From an uncultured Actinomycetota bacterium (GTDB lineage Bacteria > Actinomycetota > Actinomycetes > Propionibacteriales > Nocardioidaceae), in assembly GCA_963829975.1 (NCBI GenBank), contig CAWHKK010000015.1:3802-67801 (forward strand): DNA of 64,000 nt. The letters run 5' to 3'. This document shows positions 38,156-47,019 of the stretch, piece after piece. Made by a program: the position numbers and the translations under genes. Below the pieces are notes generated by a model that was given only the letters and a program-made list of their open reading frames with translations, was not told the origin of the DNA and ran no database searches. Numbering within the stretch: position 1 is the first letter of the stretch; each line of letters starts with the position of its first letter.

Positions 38156-38917
38156 ATGACCGCGACAGCAGCACCCCGGACCGACCCCGACGACCAGGTC
38201 ATCGACGGCGTGCCACCGGCCCGCAGCCTGCGGATCGTGTGGATCGCCGCCTTCGGCTCCCTGGTGCTCGGCTTCCCGGTCTATACGGCGCTGGTCTTCG
38301 CCGCTGACTTCGACCGGGGCACGATGGCCGACGCGCTGTCGGTCCAGGCGACCCTCGCCTACTTCCTGGGGATCTTCGCCGCCCTGCTGCCGCTGCGGGC
38401 CTTGCGGGGCTGGTCGCGCTATGCCCGGCTCCAGGCAACGGTGCTGGCGTTCGTGCTGTGCTCCTACCTGACCCATCTTTCCTGGGAGCTGGGATGGCTG
38501 CTCCTGCACGGACCGATCGCCGAGGCACGGGACAGTGCGTGGGCCTACCCCTGGTGGGGATACATCGACGGCGGTGACCTGCGCTACCTGAACCCCGAGC
38601 CGCACTTCTTGATGATCGAGGTGCTGTCGGTCATCAACGGCGCGGTCGGGCTCGTCGGCCTGCTCTTGCTCCGACGTTCGCGGTTCGTGGACTACCGCGG
38701 GACCCTGCTGGTGATGTCCACGGCCGTCACGCACACGGTGCTGACCTGGTACTACTACGGCTCGGAGATCCTCGGTGGCTTCGACTCGGTGAACACCTCG
38801 AGCTTCCTCGATCTCGGGGTCAAGTTCGTCCTGCTCAACGCGCCGTGGCTGATCGCGCCCTGGCTCGTCCTTGCCTGGGGTGTGCAGACCCTGCGTCGGC
38901 AGCTCCCAGCGCGCTGA
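38156..38917 (+). CDS. Emopamil-binding protein / EXPERA-like membrane protein
   Basis: THLSWELGW, WWGYIDGGDLRY, MIEVLS, YYYGSE, FVLLNAPWLIAP; strong RBS AAGGAGGAG. Confidence 0.6.
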   Translation: MTATAAPRTDPDDQVIDGVPPARSLRIVWIAAFGSLVLGFPVYTALVFAADFDRGTMADALSVQATLAYFLGIFAALLPLRALRGWSRYARLQATVLAFVLCSYLTHLSWELGWLLLHGPIAEARDSAWAYPWWGYIDGGDLRYLNPEPHFLMIEVLSVINGAVGLVGLLLLRRSRFVDYRGTLLVMSTAVTHTVLTWYYYGSEILGGFDSVNTSSFLDLGVKFVLLNAPWLIAPWLVLAWGVQTLRRQLPAR

Positions 38918-39031
38918 ACGCGGCAGGACCAGACCACCCAGCATGCGGATGGCCGCTCGGTGCGGCCCGGCGTACCGTCGACAGAAGGAAACGCAGCGGC
39001 GGCCATGTGTCCCTGCTTCGGAGGAGTACCA

Positions 39032-39328
39032 ATGAGCGCATTCGTTCAGCTGGTGGAGATGAGTACCTCACGCATCGACGAGATGCTGAAGTTCAGCGAG
39101 GAGTGGCGGGAGCAGAATCCCGACCAGCTGTTCGACTGGTCGATGGTCACGCAGGACCGCGACCATCCCGGCAAGTGCGTGGTGATCGTGCACTTTGCGA
39201 GCTACGACGTGGCTATGCAGAACTCTGCTGACCCCCGCACGGCAGTCTTTGCCGCAAAGATGCAAGAGCTCTGCGACGGTGAGGTGACGTTCACGAACCT
39301 GGACGTGATGACGACCGAGGGGATCTAG
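39032..39328 (+). CDS. Small hypothetical protein (ABM-like ferredoxin fold)
   Basis: RBS GGAGGAG; FVQLVEM..DRDHPG..IVHFASYDVAMQNS..FTNLDV. Confidence 0.65.
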   Translation: MSAFVQLVEMSTSRIDEMLKFSEEWREQNPDQLFDWSMVTQDRDHPGKCVVIVHFASYDVAMQNSADPRTAVFAAKMQELCDGEVTFTNLDVMTTEGI

Positions 39329-39460
39329 CTCGCGCCCGTGAGCACCCTTGTGTGATCCAGAGGGTGGGTTCCGGCAGGCTGTGCAGGAGATCACCGACGC
39401 GTCGAGCCATTCGTCGTCGCGATGTTGGTCACCGACCCAAAAACGACAAAGGAACTGATC

Positions 39461-39970
39461 ATGACGCTCGACTGCGACAAGGTGGGTCTCGAGTTCTTCA
39501 CCACCGCCCCCACCATCCACCGGGCGACGAAGGAAGCTGCGGCGTCTCCCGAGCAGGTCTTCGACGTCCTCCACGACGCCGACGCCTGGGTGACCTGGGC
39601 CTTCCCGATCACCGGTGTCGACTGGACGTCGGGTTTCCCGCTCGAGGTCGGTTCGACCCGCGTTGTCCACATGCGTGGTGGGTTGATCGGCTACGAGGAG
39701 TTCATCGCCTACGAGCACGGAGTGCGGATGGCCTTCCGTTTCAACGAGGTCTCGAAGAAGGGTGTCCGGGCGTTCGCAGAGGACTACCAGGTGACCGACC
39801 TCGGCGGCGGCCGGTGCGTGGTGGAGTGGACGATGGCCCTGGACACCGGGCGCACGTCGAGGATCCTGGACAAGGTCGTGGATCCGATGATGGCGGCCGG
39901 CTTGAACTTCATGCTGGGTCGATTCGTCAAGCTCGTCGAGTCCGGCATCTCGCGGACCGAGGTCGCCTGA
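39461..39970 (+). CDS. SRPBCC family protein
   Basis: ASPEQVFDVLHDADAWVTW, VGSTRVVHM, EEFIAYE, AFAEDYQV. Confidence 0.82.
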   Translation: MTLDCDKVGLEFFTTAPTIHRATKEAAASPEQVFDVLHDADAWVTWAFPITGVDWTSGFPLEVGSTRVVHMRGGLIGYEEFIAYEHGVRMAFRFNEVSKKGVRAFAEDYQVTDLGGGRCVVEWTMALDTGRTSRILDKVVDPMMAAGLNFMLGRFVKLVESGISRTEVA

Positions 39971-39987
39971 GGTGTGAGGCCAGCGAG

Positions 39988-40977
39988 CTAACGCGCGTAT
40001 GCCGGCAACGGCGGCTCGGAGCTGACGAACCGCCGAGGGTCGGTGAGTCCGGTGAAGAAGCGCGCGACGCTCGCGAGGCCGGCCGAGGCGCCGGCGAAGT
40101 CGCCGTGCGGGATGAACGTCTGCTGGCAGGCCGATGCGGGGATACGTGACGGGTCTGCGGGACCCGGGTGGGTGATGGCGTCGACGGCTAGGGCGTAGCC
40201 GATCGGGTCGCCGAGGAGGAGGTTGTGGTCGACCGGGTCATGGGCGCAGACGTCCTGCAGCGTGATGCTGCGGGCACCCCGGATCCGGTTGACGGCGGGT
40301 TGGGGCCGGACGATCTCGTCGTACCGGGTAGCGATTGCCGTGGTGTGGACGCGCCGCGGAACCGGTGCTCGGCGCAGTGCGGCGATCGTTCGTGAGCCGC
40401 GGCTCGACTGCCACGCCAGGGCGGTGCACCGGCCCAGCGCACAGAGCTCGTTGGCCAGGTCGGTGCCATTCAGCGGGCTGCCCAGCGCGACCACATCGCG
40501 CACGCCACGGGCGACGTCCGGCCAGAACCGAGTGGCCCAGACCGCGAGCTCTCCCCCTTGGCTGTGCCCGATGATCGCGATCCGGCGTCCGGAACGGTGA
40601 ACCGCGATGCGAGCTGCCGCGACGACGTACTCAGCGGATCGGGTCACGCTGCCGAGGCCGTGGTCCGGCAGGCGCACGGTGCACACCGCGAAGCCGTCAG
40701 CGTGCAGGGCCCGCTGGTAACCCCAGGACCACGACTCGTGCGGGGTCGTCGCGGTGCCGTGCACGAGGAGCACGACACCCCTCGGGGAGCGCAGTCGGTC
40801 GCCTGTGTCGCAGCGCACGGCCCGCCGCAACGCCATTGCGGGCTCGGTCAGTGGCGGGCCGGTCGGTGATCCCCGCTCCGCCGCGCGTCCCTCGATGAAC
40901 ACACCCACAGCCCCTGTCGCGGGGATCAGCAGCACGAGCCCGAGCAGCAGGGGAAGGGTACGGGTGACGGCGCGCAT
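39988..40977 (-). CDS. Secreted lipase (CalB-like alpha/beta hydrolase)
   Basis: Signal peptide, VLLVHGT, GHSQGG nucleophile elbow, YDEIVRP, DHNLL. Confidence 0.82.
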   Translation of the reverse strand: MRAVTRTLPLLLGLVLLIPATGAVGVFIEGRAAERGSPTGPPLTEPAMALRRAVRCDTGDRLRSPRGVVLLVHGTATTPHESWSWGYQRALHADGFAVCTVRLPDHGLGSVTRSAEYVVAAARIAVHRSGRRIAIIGHSQGGELAVWATRFWPDVARGVRDVVALGSPLNGTDLANELCALGRCTALAWQSSRGSRTIAALRRAPVPRRVHTTAIATRYDEIVRPQPAVNRIRGARSITLQDVCAHDPVDHNLLLGDPIGYALAVDAITHPGPADPSRIPASACQQTFIPHGDFAGASAGLASVARFFTGLTDPRRFVSSEPPLPAYAR

Positions 40978-41006
40978 GTGCGCTCAACGAACGAACCGGG
41001 TATCGG

Positions 41007-41427
41007 TTAGTTGACCGGCAATCGGGCCAGCCGCTTGATGGCGAGGAGCCCTTCCGCTGTACCCGGCCAGTGTCGATCCAGGCTCTCGGTTCCCGCCACG
41101 CGAGTGATCGACCTCAGCAGGAACACGATGATGATGATGTCGTCGACGTAGCCCACCACCGGGATGAAGTCGGGAATGAGATCAACGGGCAGCAGGAGGT
41201 ACAGCAGCAGCAGCCAGACGCGGATGCGAACGCCGATGGTGATGCGTCTTGTCCGTCGCCAACCGGCGCAGGAGTCGCACCACATCAGGGATCAGCGTGA
41301 GCGCATCTCGCAGGCGAACGGGGTCCTCGGATTTCCGCCCGACCACGTACAAGGCGGCTACCAGGACGAACCACAGCAGAGCCGAGCTCGCGGCCACCGC
41401 TACAAGGATCCGCCACCAGGTGTCCAC
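41007..41427 (-). CDS. YkvA/DUF1232 family membrane protein (frameshifted, possibly degraded)
   Basis: LIPDVVRLLRRLA, LLYLLLPVDLIPDFIPVVGYVDD, HWPGT. Confidence 0.75.
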
Positions 41428-41540
41428 CGCCAGCAACCCTTCCAGATCTCGACCGTGCAGCCGTCCTGTACTTCTTTCGCTTCAACCTCAACATCTGCAC
41501 CCCCACCCGGGAACGCCGACATCAAGGAGGGCCTTCGGAG

Positions 41541-41627
41541 TCAGTGATCCTGCCGGAAACGCCACTCCAGTATTGGCGTGGCATCGGTACCCGAAGGGAT
41601 TCTTGGCCAAGTACTGCTGGTGCTGGT
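41541..41627 (-). repeat. Orphan msrA 3'-tail copy #2 (distal)
   Basis: Minus strand reads [25 protein letters not shown], homologous to the msrA C-terminus at 44222-44308. Confidence 0.88.
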
Positions 41628-41649
41628 TCAGAAACACCTAGAAGAGGCG

Positions 41650-41914
41650 GGGCCACATCGGCCAAGTCCACCACGGCGAACCCGCCCAGGTACTCCTTGC
41701 TCTCGGCGTACGATCCGTCGGTCATCAGCACGGTGCCGCTGGTCGCGTCGGCGCTATAGGCCGTACCTTCCTCCTCCAGCCCGCCGGCGAACAGGTAGGC
41801 GCCGGCAGACTTCATCTCGTGCACCACCGCCCCGGCGGTGCACGCCTCCGGAAACCATCCCTCAGTGTGGTCGCCGACCCATTGGCGGTTGAAGGAGATC
41901 AGGTACTCGGGCAT
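41650..41914 (-). pseudogene. YciI family gene, 3'-truncated
   Basis: MPEYLISFN.QWVGDH, AGAYLFAGGL, TDGSYAESKEYLGGFAVVD; homology stops just before the distal msrA tail copy. Confidence 0.7.
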
Positions 41915-42075
41915 CGCTGCTCCTACTGGCTCGGCCGGACCCCGGTGGTCAGCCTTCACCTACCCCACGTACGGAGACAACCCGATTCGACAGTTCGTCG
42001 AGAGCTTGTCGCCAGCCGGAATCCGGCTGACTAGACCTTGCTTGCTGCTGGGTCGTACCGGACGTACGTTGCGAT

Positions 42076-42552
42076 ATGCCCGACGAGGGGGAGCTTGCCA
42101 ACTACGGCGCCTTGTCGATAGCAGCGCTAGCCGCCGGGGACTGGGAGACCGCGACGGCGAACATGCGCCGCCACGTCCCGCTCCACAACCGGATGGGTCT
42201 TACGGTCTTGTCCGTAACGGATGACTCGGCGGTGCAGACCATGGAGCTCACCGAGGAGACCCGCGGAGCGGTGGTGGGCAGCGTCCACGGAGGCCTGCTG
42301 GCCGCCTTCGCGGACTCGACCGCGGCCCTCGCGGTGCACCGATCGATCGACAACGACACCGAGATCATGGTGACCACGGACATGCACGTCCGCTACTTCC
42401 GGCAGCCGAGGAGCGGCCCGCTCACGGCAACCGCCACGCGAGTTCATCGCGGACGGCGGATCCTCAGCGCGGAGTGCCTGATCCAGGATGCGGAGGGGCG
42501 GGAGCTGGCCCGCGCGACGGCGACGTACATGGTCGTGCCCCGCCCGTTCTGA
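42076..42552 (+). CDS. PaaI family thioesterase
   Basis: GSVHGGLLAAFADS, VTTDMHVRYFRQ, VHRGRRI. Confidence 0.85.
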   Translation: MPDEGELANYGALSIAALAAGDWETATANMRRHVPLHNRMGLTVLSVTDDSAVQTMELTEETRGAVVGSVHGGLLAAFADSTAALAVHRSIDNDTEIMVTTDMHVRYFRQPRSGPLTATATRVHRGRRILSAECLIQDAEGRELARATATYMVVPRPF

Positions 42553-42582
42553 GGGCCCTGGATCTCGACGGCAACGGCGGGC

Positions 42583-42658
42583 TCACGCAGGGTCGGGCAA
42601 CGTCACTCCCGTATTCGCGTGGCATCGGTACCCGAACGTTCTTGGCGAGGTACTGCTG
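42583..42658 (-). repeat. Orphan msrA 3'-tail copy #1 (proximal)
   Basis: Minus strand reads QQYLAKN[2-nt gap]FGYRCHANTGVTLPDPA*, with its own stop codon. Confidence 0.88.
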
Positions 42659-42754
42659 ACAAGTACGTACACGTATTCGCTCTAATTGCCTGCGCTGCTT
42701 CGCCAGCGGGACCGCACGGATCTGCCGATGAGCGGGTACTGCGTGGCCGGCTCA

Positions 42755-43930
42755 TCAAGTTTCGGAGCGGAGCCATAGAGATGCGTGCGTGGGGCGGACC
42801 GTGGTGTGGACTGTGTCGAGCAAATCCGTGCTCAGCGTGCTGAGATCGACCTCGTCGCGAAGCCTCGACCCGAAAGCCCCGACGATCAGTTCTGCGTTGT
42901 ACCGGTTCCGGAAGAAGCGCCGGTCCACCGCGCGCTGGATGCGGGCCCGCACCGGTTGAAACAGCGCCGCTACAGCCAAGGTCGAGGCGGCGACCGCGAG
43001 CCCCGAGCCTTCGGTGACTCCGCTCAGCGTCAGCTGCAGGAGCAGCACGCTGCCGACGTAGGTTCCTGCCAGGATGCCTGTCAGCGAGCCGTAGACCAGG
43101 GCACGGTTGATGACCAGGTCGATGTCGTACAACCGATAGCGGAGGACGGACATACCAATCGAGCCAGCCAGCAACAGAAGACCGATCCCGAAGAGTGAGT
43201 TCTGCTCGTCCTCTGGCCAAACGATGGAGTTCGTCATCTGCAGGGCGATGTTCAGCGCGACCGCCAATGCGAACCACTTCATCTGTTGACGCTGGATCCC
43301 GGTTGAACGCCGGAAACGGAGCAGCGCGGCGACCATGCACGCCAGGACGACAGGCACCACAGCGACGCCCAGGATCGCGCTGATGACGTCCGCTGCGGGC
43401 GTTGCAAGCGGGTTTGGCGGTGGGTCACCGTCGCCATCAACCAGCGAGGCGCTGATCATGAGTGCCACTAAGAGTGCTGCGGCACCCACACCGAACTGAC
43501 GCCATCGCCTTGAAAGCGGGCGTCCGTCCGGGAAAAGGAGCAGGAGCTGGGTCAGGGGAAGAAAAACCATCGGCACCCACGTCCAGTTGGAGAACCAGCC
43601 GACAGCCGTTGCCGATGGCAGCGACCCGGGATTGGTCACATACGCGAACTTTGCGTACTCGGAGGCAAAGCCGGTGGCATGTGAGGCAAGCCCAACGATC
43701 GCGCAGATCCACCCCACCAAGTTCCGCGGCTGACGAAAGATGATGAGCAGCCCCACAACCGAGAAGGCAAAGAACCCGCCCGTCGTCGCGACGAGGCTGG
43801 ACACGCTCCCAGCCTCCCAGTCGTTCAGCCCCAGGAACGTGAACGCTCCAACGACCAAACCCAAGGAAAGCAGCGCGGTCGCTTCAGCCGCCCGGCGCAA
43901 CCACAGGTCGCGGTCGGTCACCGGCGACAC
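42755..43930 (-). CDS. Multi-TM membrane protein resembling an actinobacterial sensor-kinase N-terminal domain, no kinase domain
   Basis: RQPRNLVGW, LLLLFPDGRPLSRRW, QRQQMKWF, LRYRLYDID, IQRAVDRRF; AT-richer codons than flanking genes. Confidence 0.75.
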   Translation of the reverse strand: MSPVTDRDLWLRRAAEATALLSLGLVVGAFTFLGLNDWEAGSVSSLVATTGGFFAFSVVGLLIIFRQPRNLVGWICAIVGLASHATGFASEYAKFAYVTNPGSLPSATAVGWFSNWTWVPMVFLPLTQLLLLFPDGRPLSRRWRQFGVGAAALLVALMISASLVDGDGDPPPNPLATPAADVISAILGVAVVPVVLACMVAALLRFRRSTGIQRQQMKWFALAVALNIALQMTNSIVWPEDEQNSLFGIGLLLLAGSIGMSVLRYRLYDIDLVINRALVYGSLTGILAGTYVGSVLLLQLTLSGVTEGSGLAVAASTLAVAALFQPVRARIQRAVDRRFFRNRYNAELIVGAFGSRLRDEVDLSTLSTDLLDTVHTTVRPTHASLWLRSET

Positions 43931-44179
43931 GGTGGGACCCGGACAGTTGATGCGAGGTGCCCTTGGCTGGCGTGCACGCGGGTCAACAACATCGCTTCAT
44001 GATCCACGATCACCGTGACGACATCGTTACGACTGCCGTCGCTGCAAGCGCGCGGTCGTGCTCGTCCACCCCTGATGTCAGGTCGAGATGTACGACTGCG
44101 CCCTGGCAGTGGCTATCCGGATCTGCCGCGGTCCGTGCGCGTGTCAGGTCCCACGGAGGCCTTGGCTGCACCACGACGA

Positions 44180-44214
44180 CGATGGGCCCCATCATCAGCG
44201 ACGCGGGCCCATCG
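44180..44214 (-). terminator. Hairpin downstream of msrA
   Basis: Perfect 10-bp inverted repeat CGATGGGCCC ... GGGCCCATCG, 7 nt after the msrA stop. Confidence 0.6.
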
Positions 44215-44221
44215 GTGAAGG

Positions 44222-44869
44222 TCAGCCGGTCTCGGGGAACTTCACGCCCGTGTTGGAGTGGCACCGGTAGCCATTTACGTGCTTTGCCAGGTACTGCTGG
44301 TGCTGGTCCTCGGCGTAGTAGTACTCCGGCGCGGGGGCGATCTCGGTGGTGATGTCGCCGAGACGGCGCCGCAGCAGCTCGTCACCGTAGGTCTTGGCGA
44401 GGGTGCGGGCTGTCTGCTCCTGGTCCGGGGTCGTGAAGTAGACCGCGGAGCGGTACTGGGTGCCGACGTCGTTGCCTTGACGCATGCCCTGGGTCGGGTC
44501 GTGGATCTCGAAGAACCGCTTCACCAGGTCGGCGAAGGAGACGACGGCGGGGTCGAAGACGATCCGGACCGCCTCGGTGTGACCGGTCCGGCCGGAGCAC
44601 ACCTCCTCGTACGACGGGTTCGGGGTGTGGCCTCCGGCGTAACCGACGGACGTCGAGTAGACGCCGGGGATCTGCCAGTAGATCTCCTCGGCGCCCCAGA
44701 AACACCCGAGGCCGAAGATCGCGACCTCGAGGCCTTCGGGCACCTGGTCGGTGACGACGGGAGCATCCAGGACCTTGTGGCGCGCGGCGATCGTGAAGCC
44801 GCGCTCAGGACGGCCCGGCAGTGCCTGATCGGCCTCGATCAGCTCGGACTTGCGACGGGAGAACACCAT
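44222..44869 (-). CDS. msrA: Peptide-methionine (S)-S-oxide reductase
   Basis: [59 protein letters not shown]. Confidence 0.96.
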   Translation of the reverse strand: MVFSRRKSELIEADQALPGRPERGFTIAARHKVLDAPVVTDQVPEGLEVAIFGLGCFWGAEEIYWQIPGVYSTSVGYAGGHTPNPSYEEVCSGRTGHTEAVRIVFDPAVVSFADLVKRFFEIHDPTQGMRQGNDVGTQYRSAVYFTTPDQEQTARTLAKTYGDELLRRRLGDITTEIAPAPEYYYAEDQHQQYLAKHVNGYRCHSNTGVKFPETG

Positions 44870-44898
44870 GCTCGTATTCTCCCAGGCTGCACAAGGCG

Positions 44899-45815
44899 TC
44901 AGGCCCCGTGGTGCTCGGCGCACCACTTGTCGCGGGCACTCGAGTCGCCCGAGCCCAGCATGGACTTGATCATCTCCGCCTGGGTGGCGGCGTACAGCTC
45001 GATCTGCTGCTCGACCATCCGGCGTTGGGCGGGGGTACGGCTCTGCACCAATTCCTCCGCGTGCCGCCACACGCCCTCGCGCCAGCCGCGCATGATGATG
45101 CCGGCGGCGGTCTCCTCGAACGGACCGACGTCGATGTCGTCGAAGGTCGGGTCGAAGCGCCGCGCCTCTTCCTTGAACACCGGTGAGTAGAGGGAGTCGA
45201 GCCGCTTGTTGTAGCGGTTGTGGTCGGGCTTGTGGCTCTTGCCGTTCTTCGCGGTCAGCCCCACCGCAGCCAGCACGTGCGGGAAGTCGCGGTTGATGTG
45301 GGCGTTCATCGCCAGCATGAAGTTGCCGAGGCCGCTCATCGACTTGTCGTCCTCGGCCTGCAGTGCGATCCGCCATGCCCGCGGCACACCGCTGCGGTGG
45401 CCGCTGTGCCAGTCGTCCATGGTGTCGAAGTAGAGGTCGGCGAAGACTGCGTCGAGACGGTTCAGCCACTTGCGGTCGGAGAAGTAGTGCTGGCGCTGGG
45501 CAGCCTGGACGTTCTCGGTGACGCGGAGGTAGGCGAGAGAGAAGATGGCGTCGTGCTGGCAGGTCGAAGCCAGCCGCCGCAGCCGGTACTTCATCTCGGT
45601 GACGACCTTCGACGATGCACTTGTCAGATCCGCTCCGGCACAGCTTGCCCTGGTACGGCCGCGTAGGGCACCGGCATCGGGGGCAGTACCTCGATCACCG
45701 GGTCGAGCGGGCCGGGGCCGATGACCGGGTCGCCGAGCGCCGGGGACGGCGCCAGGAGGGCGAGCGAAAGGGTCACCGCCCCCAGTGCCGAGGTCAGAGT
45801 TGCTCGAGTGCTCAC
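44899..45815 (-). CDS. Secreted hypothetical protein (DUF5995-like)
   Basis: Signal peptide; [32 protein letters not shown]. Confidence 0.65.
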
Positions 45816-45858
45816 GGACGGCTCAACGACCGAGGTGCATCGCGGATACGCTCGGATG

Positions 45859-47019
45859 GTGAGCGAACAGCAGCACAGGAACAAGTCCGGATTCGAGACG
45901 CGTGCGATCCACGCCGGCTACGAGCCCGACCCCACCACCGGCGCGGTGATCCCGCCCATCTATGCCACCTCGACGTACAAGCAGGACGGCGTCGGCGGGC
46001 TCCGAGGCGGCTACGAGTACAGCCGCTCCGGCAACCCGACCCGGACCGCGCTCGAGGGCAACATCGCCTCGCTCGAGGAGGGTGAGCGCGGCTTCGCGTT
46101 CGCCTCCGGGCTGGCTGCGGAGGACACCATCGTCCGGTCGGTGCTGGCGCCGGGTGACCACGTGGTGTTCCCCAACGACGCGTACGGCGGCACCTTCCGT
46201 CTCTTCGACAAGGTCGAGAAGGTGTGGGGCGTCGACTACACGCCGGTCGGGCATGCGGTCGACGCGGTGCGAGCCGCGATCCGCCCCGCGACCAAGATGG
46301 TCTGGGTCGAGACGCCGACCAACCCGCTGCTCGGCATCGCCGACATCGAGGCCCTCGCCGGCGTCGCCCGAGAGGCCGGCGCCCTGCTGGTCGTCGACAA
46401 CACCTTCGCCTCGCCGTACCTCCAGCAGCCGCTGACCCTCGGCGCCGACATCGTGGTGCACTCCACGACCAAGTACTGCGGCGGCCACTCCGACGTCGTC
46501 GGCGGCGCGGTCGTGGTCCGCGACCTCGAGCTGGCCGAGAAGATCGCGTTCCACCACAACGCGATGGGCGCGGTGGCGGGGCCGTTCGACGCGTGGCTGA
46601 CGCTGCGCGGGCTGAAGACCCTGCCCGATCCGGATGGACCGCCACTGCGACAACGCCGAGAAGGTCGTCGACTTCCTGACCGGCCACCCGGCGGTGACCC
46701 AGGTCTTCTACCCCGGCCTGCCCGACCACCCCGGCCACGAGATCGCCAGCGCGCCAGATGAAGCGGTTCGGCGGCATGGTGTCGTTCCGGGTCGCCGGGC
46801 GGCGAGGCGCAGGCCCTGGGCATCTGCGAGCGCACCGAGGTGTTCACGCTGGCCGAGTCGCTCGGCGGCATCGAGAGCCTGATCGAGCACCCCGGCCGGA
46901 TGACCCACGCCAGCGTCGCCGGCACCGACCTGGAGGTGCCCGGCGACCTGGTGCGGCTCAGCGTCGGCATCGAGACCGCGGACGACCTGATCGCGGATCT
47001 CGACCGTGCCCTCGGCTGA
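45859..47019 (+). CDS. metB: Cystathionine gamma-synthase/lyase
   Basis: FETRAIHAG, YEYSRSGNPTR, VETPTNP, VDNTFASP, HSTTKYCGGHSD, LAESLGGIESL. Confidence 0.93.

Noticed and set aside
41541-44310. msrA tail copies as a DGR template/variable repeat pair or a shufflon
   Set aside because: No reverse transcriptase or invertase in the window, copies are direct rather than inverted, and differences are not restricted to adenines.
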